DNA from: Patellaria atrata CBS 101060
Taxonomy: Eukaryota
Direction: 5' to 3'
Assembly: GCA_010093705.1 (NCBI GenBank)
Contig: MU006121.1
Location: forward strand, 124,001 to 166,119
Length of the DNA: 42,119 nucleotides
A program made the position numbers and the translations under genes. The stretch's first letter is position 1. Each line of letters begins with the position of its first letter. Below, in pieces: positions 12,484 to 26,349 of this stretch. The notes beneath the pieces were generated by a model. The model ran no database searches. It worked only from the letters and a program-made list of their open reading frames with translations, and was not told where the DNA came from.

Positions 12484-14408
12484 TGGATTATTTCAAAGAG
12501 AAGCAGTGCTAGCTAGATGGAAGAAGAAATGTATATTGTTATCGGATATAGATACCGGTCTGCTGCCTGCGTGTACAGGACATACAAAATACTTTCCTGT
12601 GAACTCTTGAAGCTTGTTCACGATCGAATTGCGATAAGATAAGATCTGTTCTGTAAATAAATATATTATGTAAGGCAGTTTCCCTTCCACCAGTTCAGGT
12701 CCGCCGGGTCCCGTCCTTACTTGTACTGAGGTGTACCCCACGTAACATTTGCTTGGCGTTGAGTAGACAAAGGTACTTAATAAAATCTCCGAACACACAA
12801 ATTTTAAAGCGACGAGTAAACATCTACTAATAACAAAATGCAGGACTTTACATTTGCCGATCGACAAAAATACGTATATAACAATTTCCCAACTCATCGT
12901 CCGACTTCTCCGTACAGCATAGGCATGCACATGGCACAGGAACTCAGGTACCGGAGAACTACAATACTCCATGTGATGACGATGGACGGTGGATTATTAC
13001 CCTACGGAGTAAAATAGAGAATCCTACAAGTAACCAATACTGTAGAGATCGACAAAGCATACAGCACGCACTGTACTGTACCCTACAGTTGGTCCACGAA
13101 TTTGCTTGAACCGTCTGATGGCCGCCTTAACAGTATTCGCGGTTTATGTCAATGCACAACGATGTTGTCCATTTTCCGAAATGCACGTTGGAACTACCTA
13201 GATGGGATAGAGGCAGTGAAAGGTGGTCCTAGCGGAAGCGCAAGGAGCGTGATACTTGGAGTAACTTACCTTCACCTACGGTATACTCTTATAATTATAC
13301 TGTAACTTTCTGTATGATCTACGCAAGCATCATTAACACTTAGAACAGACTCTCGAAGCATTTCCGATCCGACCGGCTTTTTGCCAAGCCGTCTCAATTC
13401 TCAACTTCTCCTGTCTCACACTCTCCATTAGTCTCGGTCGGACCCCTAAAAAACATTCGACTTTTTGTCATTTTGGAAACTGTCTGTCTCTTTCAAAACC
13501 TCCTGTCGCTTCATGTCTCGGCGAGAGAGAAAATGCGGAAGTAAACACATGTTTCCCTCTGTTGATCGAAATCTTCGCCTCAGTTCTACTTCTACTTCTC
13601 CTCCTTCTTTTTCAACTCTTGTTCTCCAGCTGATTTATCCGAGATTGCAGTCTTCAGCTGTCGTCAGTAATCACACCAACATGTATAATCATGATCAGCA
13701 TTACACGTATGTGAATGTGCTTTTGGTAAAGTAAGCATATGACTATTTTTTTCGCGCTCTCAGCCGCTTAGATCTTAGTTCTGACACAAGCACCCTTTCT
13801 CGTAACTCTTGGAGTCTTGGTTCTTGTCAAAACGCCTTGTATCGTCGTTAGTTCCACCCAAATGCAGATATTTACTCCTATAATCCTATTCGTTTCTCTC
13901 TTGGCCCACAGTATTGAGCTTGACACATTTGAGCATTCGGCTGTCCCACTTTTAGTTTACCGTATATCCTACGTTAGCCTGCATGGAAAACCGATTTTGC
14001 GAGAGCCTGGTAAGTCTGACTTGGCTGCTTCAAAACCTGCTTGGCAAGAAGGGGTATTCTCTCCAAAACTTCGCCCGCTCTGATCTGGGCGCTGGGCATT
14101 TGATAGATATATCTTTCGCTGGATCATGGATTTCGTATCCTCACCTCAGCATCTTCGGCTTAGCCTTCCATCATCTGTTAATTCGTTTCTCAGCGCCGGA
14201 CGCACGTTCCATTCTTTTCCTCTGGGAGGACTTAATTTTTGTGCGTTCGTATCCCACCACACTCCCTCCAAGCGTAGATCGCCATTCATTGACAACAGCT
14301 GGATCTTTTTTTTTTTTTTTCCCGGATATTCCGCATCCAACGCGCTCTATTATAAGTCTTCATTATCCGCACCTAGTTAGGGCAGATCATATCAACCCAC
14401 AAGTCGCC

Positions 14409-15814
14409 ATGTTGCAGCGAAGCTTAGTCACCGCTGCCTGCCTTACGGCTTATGTCTCTGCCAACTGTTTACATGCTACGTCGCAATTGAGAAGACGATT
14501 AACACCTGAGGGTGGAGTTGAAGTTAGCAACTTTGGCTATACCAATCGCCAAGGTCCACTGAACTGGGCCAACCTTGCTCCAGAGAATGAAGCATGTTCT
14601 ACTAGCAAAGTCCAGTCCCCTATCAATCTAGGTCAGTCTCCGAATTTACTCATCTATAGCGGGGTTGAACTGACTTGAATACAGATGAGACAATTCCTCT
14701 AGCCGCTTCAGCACCGGTTGTGAGGATAGAGAACGTCGAATCGGCGGAGTTCGAGAACCTGGGAACAACAATTGAGACCATTGTCAATGGAACTACCACG
14801 TTTGAGGGAGCCGACTTTGCTCTGCAACAGTTTCATCTTCACACTCCCTCAGAACACCGAATCAACGAGGAGTACTTTCCACTTGAAATGCACATGGTCC
14901 ATGAAGCAGCCGGTGAGTCATGATTGTTCCTCCCTCTTGGACACCGTTCTGATAAGATTGTAGATGGATCTGGAGGACTCGTCGTTCTCGCTGTTCTCTT
15001 CCAACTATCTGAGGATGGAAGTACCACGAATCTTTTGACCGGAGTGACGCAGAATTTGGAAGAGATTGAGATCCCTGGTAGAATCACAGAGACTGGCCCA
15101 TTGGACTTTGCTCCCCTTATCGATCATCTGCAGACAAAGCCGCTCGTTCAGTATACTGGGTCACTTACTACGCCTCCTTGTGCCGAAGGTCTGACGTTCC
15201 TTGTCACTCAAGAGCCCCTTCCCATCGATGTTGCAACCTTCAACAAGATTAAGAAGGTGGTTAAATTCAACTCGCGATACACACAAAACGCACTTGATGA
15301 GGGTAACTTTCTCGCCCTCCCCCCCGCAGATCTCGCTGCACTATGCGCAACTCAAGTCACCGAGGAACCTGTGTTATATCCGGTTCATACTCCTGCAGCG
15401 GAGCACACACCCCCACCGGCGGTAGTGCATACTCCCCCTCCAGCGGAACACACTCCTCCTCCAGCGCAACATGAGGCACCCCCACCCGAGCATGTGGTCG
15501 TTTCGATCCCCGTTGCTATGGCTCCTGCTGCAGCGGAACACACACCTCCACCGGAGCACGTCGTAGCTGAAGAACAGCCCCCCATGGTTCACCCCGTTGT
15601 TGTTGTTGAGCATCCAACACCAACCCATCCAGTCATGGTTGAGACCCCGCCGGCGGAGCACATGCCTCCTGTCGCGCACCCAGTTGCAGCGGTTGTGATG
15701 GAGCACCCTCCACCAGTTGTTGAACATGTTGCGCCCACTCCCACGCCCCATATAATGACCGTAGTCAAAGCTCATATGCCAGTACAGACACATGTCCCCG
15801 TGGCACATGCTTAA
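14409..15814 (+). CDS. Secreted alpha-class carbonic anhydrase with a C-terminal His/Pro/Val-rich tail; exons 14409-14631, 14685-14912, 14964-15814
   Basis: Signal-like N-terminus MLQRSLVTAACLTAYVSA, then GPLNW, QSPIN, Zn ligands QFHLHTPSEH and EMHMVH, and YTGSLTTPPCAEG. Two GT-AG introns keep the frame. Confidence 0.93.
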
Positions 15815-16591
15815 ACGCTTGGATCTTTAGTTTTTAGTATCGTATATTTATTTGGGCAGAGTGCGTTTGTCCTAACAGGGCTTTTCGAGATTGAATATAT
15901 TGCATAGGGTGGGCGCTACATTTGTGGGTCATGGATGTAAGATCAAGATATATCGGTGTTTTTTTGGTTGTCGTCAACTACGCAGCGCACTTTTCTCGAA
16001 CATAGGGCAGATGGAGGTGCGTGAATTGGGGTATTTAGATTGTACAGCAATAGAGATAACTTTCAACCTGAACACTCCGGAGGTTATATGATCTCTTACG
16101 AATGTGAATACATCATAGTGGGATACGTCGGTATAGTCTTAGGTGGGAGAGCCGTCGTTGGACGTCCGCTCAAGCATGGACTGCAGCAGAAGTCTTGTAC
16201 CCAAGCTATCAAGACTCTTGAAGGAGTGAACAACTCAAGAGAAAGTAATTTAGAGAAAGGCTTAGGGCAAAGATGGTCGCTTGGCATGCCCAGTGGACCA
16301 TTTCAAACAATTCGTGAGTTTTTTCGTTTCCGTATACTGTATGGGAAACATAGGGTGCTCTATCTTCCCGAGCAGACATTTTGTAGTCATGTTGTGGTGC
16401 ACCGCCGGTTAGAGACGGATTTAATGCGGAAGTGAATTGTTTCTTCGAGGGATGGAAGGACTGATACTGGGTTATCATAAGAGGTTCGGAGTACCTGGCC
16501 CGCTTGCATGAAGTATTATTTTATACATGTTTCGGTACCGCTGCATCAACCGTCAAGGGGATTAGACGATGGTAGTGCATTGTTTCGTTCT

Positions 16592-17537
16592 CTAATTGTT
16601 CGCTTCAATCGCTTTCCAAACGTGAGGCCACACCCCGGCCGCCCGACTATTCATCAGCGCTTTCTTATCTTTCAAGTCCACATAGAATTTGTTCCTAGAC
16701 TTTGATGCAAAGAAGATAAGGCGTTTCCATCCGCCCACCGTTTTACTCCCCTTCTCTATCTTCTCGAAGTTCGCGAGACTGAGCTTTCGACGTGGAAGAC
16801 TCCGTAGATTGTGAAGTGAGGCTGAACTAGTCTTTTGAAAGCCGGAAAGCCGCAGTGTTATAATCTGTAGCTCCGCATCTTTTGGCAGGTTCGAGACATA
16901 TTTGTTAAGTGCTTCTACGGAGCGGCGAGCGTGTAACGGTAGGCGCAAATGGACTGCGTTCACAAATGGACCAGTAGCCGACGAGACAAGCAGCATGGGT
17001 ATCGCTCCGCATGTTATAGCTTCATCAGTGGGTTGTGATATCAGCTTAAAGCAATTATAAGGGAGCTTAAGGAAGTATGCGCGTACCAGCAAGGGCCATC
17101 CAACTTGGGTCGTCCGGAGAGAAGACAAATCGTGGCGCTACAGCGAGACACGAGAAGGCGAAAACAAAGACAGTAGTCAGTTTGTTCCATGCGATGAAAG
17201 TTGTCTTCATTGTACCGGAGCGGTAAATGAGTAAACGTTCACCGAATTCATTCTCTGAGCTTGTCAGAGTCCACGACTTGTAAGAACCAGAGGAAGTATC
17301 TGGCTTACCAGGACCGCCCACTCTTTCTAAACGCCCAGCAGATCGATATGGAAGAGGTTGAGCGTCGATAGCCTTGGGAACTTTTGAACTGTAGCCTTGG
17401 GATCTATTAGGAGTGGAATAGCGGGTAACGCATAGTCGAGAGGTGAGTGCACATCGACTGGTTTCAATGTATGTTCGCGAGAGGATGTTTAACCTCAGTG
17501 AGGAAGATCGCAGAAATACATGACCGTTAAGTATCAT
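16592..17537 (-). CDS. Predicted mitochondrial inner-membrane protein with two TM segments (possibly TMEM70/TMEM223-like); exons 17537-17309, 17254-17087, 17019-16592
   Basis: Arg/Ser-rich, acid-poor N-terminus resembling a presequence; ERLLIYRSG followed by two hydrophobic segments; PFVNAVHLRLP; C-terminal GVW. The introns are canonical. The family assignment is inferred. Confidence 0.65.
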
Positions 17538-17823
17538 ATTATTATAACATGAGAGAGGAAAGGAAGGTTGAGAGTAGAAAATCAACGGGTTGATGAGCAA
17601 CCACATTATAGATATTTCTCTACATACCCTTGCGTCTGTACCAGCCCTTGGCTCCTCGAGTATCTTATGGAATTCAAAGACCACCTGTAATCAACTATAT
17701 ACTGTACATGCCTCACACTCATTTTTGACCCTCGCAAATGTACTCATACTTCTCATGTACATGGGGAATGCACACCGGCATGTTACTCCTTGTTCCATTT
17801 ACTTCTAGATAGGAGCTTTAACA

Positions 17824-19145
17824 ATGAAGTGCTTACTTGTCCTTCCTTTCGCTCCCCTACTCTCAATAGCGACCGCCTACACCATCTTGACCGACGAGAC
17901 ACTAAAGAATATCCCAGAACCAGGCGATGATTTCGATATAAAATCTGGGAGGATACTTGCGCCGATCCTAATACCCCGAGTTCCTGGGACATCTAATTCC
18001 ACAAAAGTCCTAAACCACTTTGCCGACTTCTTTCATAGTACTTTGCCCGAATGGAAACTCGAATTCCACAATTCTACATCAACAACGCCTACTAGTAATG
18101 GACAACAGGTCCCGTTTGTCAACCTCATAGCGACTCGCGATCCTCCATGGGCAAGAGAAGGACACGTTGGCCGATTAGCACTCGTTGCCCATTATGATAG
18201 CTTACAGACACCGGTGGGATTTATCGGGGCCATAGATAGCGCTGCCCCATGTGCCATGATTCTCCATGCTGTGCGTAGTATTGATGAGGCGCTCACGAAG
18301 AAATGGGCCGCGATGGAAGCTGAAGGAGTTGGCTCCGAGGGATATCTGGGCATCGAAGAGGAAAAAGGTATTCAGGTCCTGTTGCTAGATGGTGAAGAAG
18401 CCTTTCTACATTGGTCAGATGAAGATTCACTGTATGGTGCAAGGTCAGGATTGTCACCATTCACGTTCTAGAGAGGATTAAATTGCTAACAACCGAAAGA
18501 GCACTCGCGGAACACTGGGAGAACACAGTACACCCCGCCATGTCCACATTCCACAATCCTCTCTCATCCATAGAGCTATTCGTCCTGCTCGATCTCCTTG
18601 GGTCGAAAAATCCCACCATACCATCCTACTTCCACACCACCCACTGGGCATACAAAGCCATGTCCAAGATCGAGACAAGATTACGGTCTCTACAACAATT
18701 TAAATCATCTCCAAACCATCCTACCAATGTCGCAAACGCGGAGGCTAAGAGTGGGAAACCTCGTAAGAAGCCGCGAGCAGAGCCTGTGTTTTTGACAGAA
18801 GCCCAAAAGGATGAGACAAGATTCATGTCGCACGCCGTCTCTGACGACCATCTCCCATTCATGGCTCGTGGCGTGGAAGTTTTACACATGATACCAATAC
18901 CTTTTCCATCTGTATGGCATGAACTAACTGATGACGGCGAGCACCTCGATATGGACACGGTGGACGACTGGGCGAAGCTTGTAACGGCGTTTACAGCAGA
19001 GTGGATGGACCTTGAGGGATTTATGCCCACCGCTCCCGAGTCTGAGAATACACTCAACATTGCCGTGCACGATGATACAGAGAATGGGGGGCATCATCCA
19101 ATAAAGAGGAAAAGGGAACATGTGATCAGTAAAACTGAGCTGTGA
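17824..19145 (+). CDS. Glutaminyl-peptide cyclotransferase (M28 family); exons 17824-18443, 18500-19145
   Basis: Signal peptide, then IPRVPGT, AHYDS, GAIDSAAPCA, LDGEEAF, SLYGAR, LLDLLG, DDHLPF and PSVWH..DD. Intron GTCAGG..GCTAAC..AAG. Confidence 0.93.
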
Positions 19146-20000
19146 GTCGCATTCCTGGCGTTGGTTTTAGGACTAGATCAGGCGTTGATGATTGTTCAGG
19201 AAATCTGAATAACTGAATGCAAATGATTTATATTTTTCTTCAGCTTCTGTATCACGAAAACTCCGTTTAGAGCCTGGAATCCCATTGTTTGCTGCGACAA
19301 TGCCGTGACCATTGACAGGTCATACAATGGATTGGCCTCACGTTGGGACGATAGTTATCTAATATCGATGCTCAATGAAGAGCACAATAGGATCAATTAT
19401 AAGTTGAAAATCTAAACCCAGCCTGCTCTTAGAAAATTACTTACTTAAGAGAACAGTGCTTTTGAGTCTTATTTCCAATTTCTTTGTTCGTCTTCCTCTT
19501 CAAACACCTTCCGTTCGCAACAAGTATCTCTCACTGCTTTATACTCTCTCAAGTTTCGCTGAATGCAGAAAACCTTTGTTATATTTCACCAAGCAGCTAT
19601 TCTCCCAGTCTTTCTCCCTACCGGACAGAGTACTCTTTTTCCCAACCACGTCTATTAAGTTGCGGCAATCTTTATCATGGTTTTCGAATTCTTGGCCACT
19701 TTCTAGCGGCGTGTCCCATCACTATACTCGATTGTCGAGCTCTTTACGGCTGCGCCGGTTCCATATATCTCATCAGTTCCCGTCCCCATAGCGCCTATTC
19801 TCACACCGTCCATAGACTCGATTTGCAAAAGTTCCACACCACCCTCCACTACAATCCACGTACGCTAAAAGGAATAACGCACCCTTCGTGCGCTTGAGAG
19901 TTCATCTACAGGGGTATTGGTAGCATGCCCATGGATCCCTCTACGTCCGTCATGTGATCATGTCAATAAACGAAACTATCATTACCCCCCAGGAGCAGAA

Positions 20001-21334
20001 ATGTTTCTCGCCCGCCCCTATTGTAATTTGACGCACCCGTATAGGGGAATTCATCGGCTTTTTTGCAGGCGCCGAGTTGCTCTGACTAGAAGACTTCGGT
20101 CACTGTACGCACGAAGCCGGACGAATTGGGTAGATTCGGTTACCGGACGTTGGGTAGAGTACAAGACAGATCGCCTTAGAGTACCAAAAAAGGGATTTTA
20201 CGAGGTGCAATCTCCCGGGAAACGGTTATTCTTCATCAAATTGAAGGGTGAAGACCTTCCGACGTTTCATTTTTGGACATTGAATGGGGGAACATTTGAG
20301 GTCGAAATTCGAAAAGGGTTGAGCTCCAAAGCAAATCATCAAGAAAGGGAAACGGAAGAGCCAGGAAACTGAAGCTATAGGCAGACCCCATAAGCGCCCC
20401 TTCAAAGGTGGTCCCCACCGCGATCCTATCACAGCTATGCTCTACACTGCAGAAGAGCTCGAACAAGTGCTGCAGCACAGCCATCCCAACCGAAATGTTC
20501 AAGCCCTAGCTACACCAGTGGCCGCCCAGCTCTAGCTGAAGTGACGATTACCGAGAACACATTACAGCGTATTGTTGCCTTAGTGGAGAGAGTGGAATCC
20601 GCATAGACGCCTGTTTCGTCCTCAATGCCGGTTTTACAACCTTCTGCCCCGAAGAAACGAAAGCAGGCTACGGAGATTTTACCAACGGCCAAAAGACCTA
20701 GGTTTGCAAATAGACGGTCTCCCGGCCAACCTACCGCCGTAATAACATCGACCCGAATCCCCGGTACTACCTCTCACGTAACCCCTACTCGCGGTAAGCA
20801 TTTTCCACACCATTCTACCCGTCCGGGCGGGCATAGGTCTCCCCGTTCTCTTCGCCCTGCGCAGGTCCGCAGGTCAACCTCACCCCGACCGTACCTACCT
20901 CCGTTGTACCGTCCTATCAGCAGTCTCTCAGCCATACGGTGCAACCCGCCACCGCCACAAATGTGGCACCACCCCCTTCTCCTCCAAATTTACAAGCAGG
21001 ACCTCTCAGTACCTCACCTCCGACGGCCCTTTCTCGAGTTTCCTCTTCGCCGCCTTCTTCCCCACTGCGACTCTCCTCCCCCGCTCCGGATTCTAAGGCC
21101 AAGAAAGCCCGCCTCGTATCTGATCAAAGTTCACCGCTCGTTTCACGGATTACGTCGACCAGCTGACCTTCCAAAGGGCCGGATCTTGTCTTAGCGTAGC
21201 TCACCGAGTACGAACCAGTAAGATACACTGGATTTGGTACTAACATTCCCGACGTTAAGAGACGGAAGGCGATGAGGGCGCGATATGAGGAGATGGATCT
21301 GCATAGTGAGAGGGCAAGGAAGGTCCTGCAATAA
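20001..21334 (+). pseudogene. Degenerate gene encoding a basic, Pro/Ser-rich protein of unknown family
   Basis: Protein-like reading continues across frameshifts and in-frame stops (TAG 20604, TGA 21164, TAG 21197) to TAA 21332-21334. It includes an NLS-like PKKRK. Confidence 0.45.
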
Positions 21335-21771
21335 AGTGTACGGCGAGTTGCCTTCACGTTGGCGGCGCTGGAAATGGATGCAGGAATGGAAGTAGTGCCG
21401 GTGAGTACGGATGAGCTATTGGTGTGGTTGCACGAGACGCTGTTGGGTGCCGAAGACTTGTAGGCAGCGGAGGAAAGAGACGAGGAGGATGCTCAGTCCA
21501 TGTTGGCGAGCACCAGGGGCATCGTTGACTGAGATGGGGATGTAATGATGCACGATATGGGTGGTAATTGATGTTTATCACAGCCCGTTATGGGTACATT
21601 GCCGGAAGGACTACGTCTCAGTGACAGCATGGATGGACGGAGAGTACAGCAACTGATAAGCAGCAATCTGGTGTTAGAATATTTTTGAACGCAATAGCGA
21701 AGTTTATTGTGTATATCTCCATAAGTGACACCGTTATTGAACTTTGATTCGTGACCAACCCACGTCTCGGC

Positions 21772-23234
21772 TCAAGCACTCCGCAACATACTAAGTACAC
21801 CGGCCCACGTTTCTCTAACAGTAGCTTGAATTTGACTGGCCGGGAGCGAAAAGCCATACCTACCAGTATCTCTAAGTTCATAGGTGTATGAATACGTCGC
21901 CTGTCCAGTCACATCCGTGTAGTCTGTACTGTCACCAGTGGTGGCGTAAAGGGTAGAGCATGCAGGACCGATGGTATACCGTGTGCCTGATACAGCGCTG
22001 ATTGCGGATGCGGCAGCAGATGCGAGGGACCGATGTGCTGCGGCATTCTCGGGCTGGAGATTGCAATTATATCCATACGCTTTAGTAATTGTCAGCTTTT
22101 TTCCATTTGAGAAATTACCATGGTTCACTTACGCCATAGAATATATTGACCATAAGAATGAATGTCAAGGTACAGTCTGATGCCACGTAAATCTCTGAGT
22201 TGGTTGACCTGAGCGACAAGTCCCTTGTTTTCAGGAGCATCACCAGGAGCTAGACCTTTGAAAGTTTCGGAGCATGGGTTGGTAGATGCACCACCGGGAA
22301 CCTCCCACTTATATGGCCAGTTTCTGTTGATATCACGCCCAACACATGAGCTAGAGCTTACCGTTTGCCGATTCTTGCGCCAGAGACGGTCAGTTGTTTG
22401 TGAGTACACGAAACCTGTTCAAAATTCAGTTGTTGGAGCTGAGAATCATGTCTAGTATCCCATGTACTGACCATCAGGATTGACAACTGGCATAATGTAA
22501 AAGTCGAATTTGTCAACGACTGCTTTTACACTCGCATCAGTGCTGTACTTTGTCAAAAGCTGCCAAGCCATATACTCAACAGCCTTGGAGCCAAATCAGT
22601 ATCAATGAACATTTGCGGCCACAACGTAACTCACCATGGTTGAAATCCATTCACGAGCATGGACCGTTCCATGGAAAAGAACAGCTGGCTTTGAGCCCTT
22701 TCCTCCACTCCCCCAGATGTGGATCCCAGTAAGGGCCCGACCTTGCACTGAAGTGCCGGCGGTGATGATCTCGGACTGGCCAGCGAAACCGCCTTGCAAA
22801 TCGCGCAAGAACTGGAGATGGTCATTGTAGCTATGATAGGCGGTGAACCATGTCTCACTTGGAACTAGGACGTGTTAATGGTTCTACCTTATGCATTTGA
22901 TAATCTAATGCTCATAGTTACCGGCATAGGAAGCAAACTCTCCCTCCTCAGCGAAAGCTTCCCCAATATCATCAGCAATGATAGTGCTATTCACAGCAAG
23001 TTCTGTAATGCTATCGATATTGTCCGGGGAGACAACAACATCGAGCTGTTTGCCTTTTCCGGGGTTCAGGATGTGGGCGGCTAAGTCATTAATCTGCGCT
23101 TCCACGCCAACAACGTCCTTAGGAAGTTCTATTCGCAGGACCTTGTAGCCATTATAATCCACCTTAGCATCTCTCGGGATAGCGGTTGCTAATGCTAAAG
23201 ATAGTAGAAAGGGAGTCCACAAGAGGGATTTCAT
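21772..23234 (-). CDS. Secreted zinc carboxypeptidase A (M14A) with propeptide; exons 23234-22922, 22864-22635, 22583-22472, 22414-22133, 22079-21772
   Basis: Signal peptide, propeptide [40 protein letters not shown] and YELRDTG. Four canonical introns. Confidence 0.95.
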
Positions 23235-26200
23235 TCTGACGGTATCTCCTGCGTCTTGCTAGAATGCGCCGATGGAAAACTGTGCTGTGATGGAGAAGAT
23301 GTTTGATTTATACCAACATTTCAACGTGAATGAACGGCGATAATACTCACTCTCCTGCCTATTCTGAACTTGACTCGATGCTAGACATCGCGTCTTTGTA
23401 TCCCTGTATCAAGTATAAACAATAAAAGAGGCAGGTGGGAGACACGGAGTATGCTTCGCGGATGAAAGCCATGCTGATGGAACTATAGACGGAGATAGAT
23501 AACCATACAAGAACAGAGAGCAATATAAGGGAGCGTGGGGACGTTATGGAGATCGTGTGCTGCTACGCATCTAGAAACTTTTTGACGATGAAGGTGGGCC
23601 GGCGATCGTAACTAATATCGGAAGGTGAAGCAGTGGAAGCACATAATACCAAGAATACCAAGAAAATTTACCCAGTCCTGCATAAGCATCTCAAGAAATA
23701 ATTACAACCCTCGACGGGCCAGAACTTGAGATTGTGCGAGAATATTTTATATATGTCTTAGTTTGCCTACGCGATTACAAGAACAGTAGGAGTATAAGAG
23801 GGCACGAAGTACCTACACAGACTAATGCGGAGCGTGCAAAAGAAATAGTTTGGAGTTCAGAAGAGATACAATAATCTTTTGTGATATTTGCTTGAGTGGA
23901 AAGAAGATTGAAGAAATGGATACTATACTGTAACCAATATATACAAAAGGTACAATCGACCCAACCATAGATTAGCTGAGGTGAGGCCCGGTAAACACCT
24001 TGATGGTGAAGATGCAAGCGCTTGGAGGATACTTTAGGCATAGTTATCCAAGGTGTGTTTTCCATATGTCTTTGACCTTGTCCGCTTACATGTCTTCATC
24101 TCGCACCTGGAAAGACTACTGCCTCCACTCGCTATGTCGTCGGCGAATTGTCAGACACACAAAACCGGGTTTGGTCTGAGGATCAGATTGCTATATTGTC
24201 GTTCTTACTGCGTCGAGTCGATATTAAGTATACTTGAACTACTATACTTTTGTAAGTACAAGTACTGTGCTTATCTTGGCCATAATTCTAAACGGCTGGG
24301 ATGAAGCATACCTTTCATGTAGAATATTCAAGATAAATTTGGGTGAACATATCTTGAAGCACTTCCCTAGAACTCGGATAGATAGCAGAGTACACAAGGC
24401 TTATATTCAGGTCAACACGTAAACTTAAAATCCCTAGTGCATGGGAGGAACTGAATGAGGTGTTTGACAGAGAAGATCGGTAATTTCTTGAGGTTATAAA
24501 TTTTAGACTCTGCCCATGAGGGGAGCTGCTGAGAGCTGTAGACACATTAGGTACAGATGATTTGGAAAGTGCAGACTGTATCGCTTTGTTTGAATCTTTT
24601 CCGTTTCGAAAGGAGCCTGGGCGGTCTCGATATCCTTTAACTTCATGGAATATCTTAGAGTTGATGACCTCCCAAACTCTGAATGGCAAATATATGGCTC
24701 CCAAAATGCAGTAGCTGAATTCTAGGAGATGGTAGGACCTTTCATCCACCGTTCATAATGTGTAAGGGATATTCCTTTGAGAAACCGAGAGAGTCCTCTT
24801 GTCTGTACCGAGTCAGTTAGCAGACAACATAGTGCGAAATCCACTTTCTCGTCCTCCACCACTATAGGATGTTGTCACATGGACAGGAATGATATCTACC
24901 ATAAGAATGAATCGACGACTCTTGCAAACCTAGATGATGAAGAAGGGTATGAAGGATCAGGACCAAAAGTACTATGATTTGAGAGACCACAGAGTCTTCT
25001 TCATATCATGATTAACGTCAGAATGTAACACTCAATGGAAGGAGAATTTTAAAAGCGAAGCGGGGAAATGGAGACGTTCGGACGCATATCCGGCGTAAAT
25101 TATATAGCCATCGGAATACTGGAGAGAATGACTTGCTCCGGAATCAATCGCCCATGCCCGACGTGTTCTTTCTCTTTATTTTCTGTTATCCTTTTAACAT
25201 CCAGAATTTTGAAGACTCGTGACGCGTATAGTACAAAACTTCTCCCACGTAAGCATCAGAAAACAATAGTGGATGCGTACTACGAAGGTACCGCTATGAT
25301 GGTGGAGGTGGAGAAACACGGTTCGCAGTTTTATCGGATCGTTAGAACCTAACGTTATAATACTGTAAATTATGGGCTTAGCTTAGGTAACGGCTTTCAA
25401 ACGAGGTAAGTTATGGTTAGTATGTACAAAAGCTTGGTGGCATCGTACTATCGAAACTTATGCCGGCTACCACAGTACTTATCTTGCTGCTGACCTTTGA
25501 CAACCTCTTTGACTACTGATTGAAACTCGAGCAAAACCAAAAGAGCTTGGACGATAAATATAAACACACGATTCATGAGTCTATTCCCGAGGGTAACTCA
25601 ACTTCAATGAATATATTTCCCCTTTCCTGGGGTGCACCCATAGCTGCTCATTGCCGAACAAATGCTACCTTATGAGCGTCTTTGGAATAGATGATCTATT
25701 ACGCCAAAAAAAACCGAATCGCCCTCTATAATTCCCTTCATTAAGTCTCAAGACATCTTCAGCAGTTATAGGGGTGCCCCAATGCAAAATAAAAAAAGAA
25801 AAAAGAAACAAAACGTCCGCAGTTGTACAGCATACAAGAACTGAGATAGAACTACGTATGCCTGGTCTCAGCCAGCTTTTCAGCTCTTCCGCCAAGACGA
25901 CGCCCGATTAACGAACGCGGTAATACTATCATTGACAAACTTTCGAGGCTTTCTCCCATCTCATATTCTCATTGATATTACCCCTACGGACAAGGGCGTT
26001 GTGGATACCGATAAATTTTCTTCTTAATTGGTACCGATAAGTGTCAGCCTATTCCGCCCAGGAGGTAAGACTAAAACCCAGGGAACAATTGGAGATAAAT
26101 ATCGTATGCGCCTCCTGAGTGGTAATCGGACTGGAGACCAATGATCGCCTGTGGTACCCTTTCAGCTGCCGAGAATGAGTTCCAAAGTGGGGGCGGAGCC

Positions 26201-26349
26201 TACAATGTGGAGGAAGATATATCTCTCGTCACATTCTTCGGCTGGTGGATTGAAGAGATTTGCAGTTCCCTCTGACATTCGATCTCCTTCAAATTGCATC
26301 TAAGATAACTCTTTTTTCGTTTTTAAAGGTTGACCTCGGTCGAAATCCA

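Noticed and set aside
13983..14408. N-terminal extension of the carbonic anhydrase ORF from ATG 13983
   Set aside because: It runs through a poly-T tract (FFFFF) and would bury the signal peptide. The ATG at 14409 (GCCATG) is the better start.
14409..23234. Cluster of three secreted zinc enzymes (carbonic anhydrase, glutaminyl cyclase, carboxypeptidase)
   Set aside because: The pathways are unrelated, unrelated genes are interspersed, and no shared motif was seen. Probably coincidental.
23775..25900. Short ORFs between the carboxypeptidase and the FAD oxidase
   Set aside because: No recognisable motifs or consistent splice model. They may be decayed sequence, but this cannot be supported.
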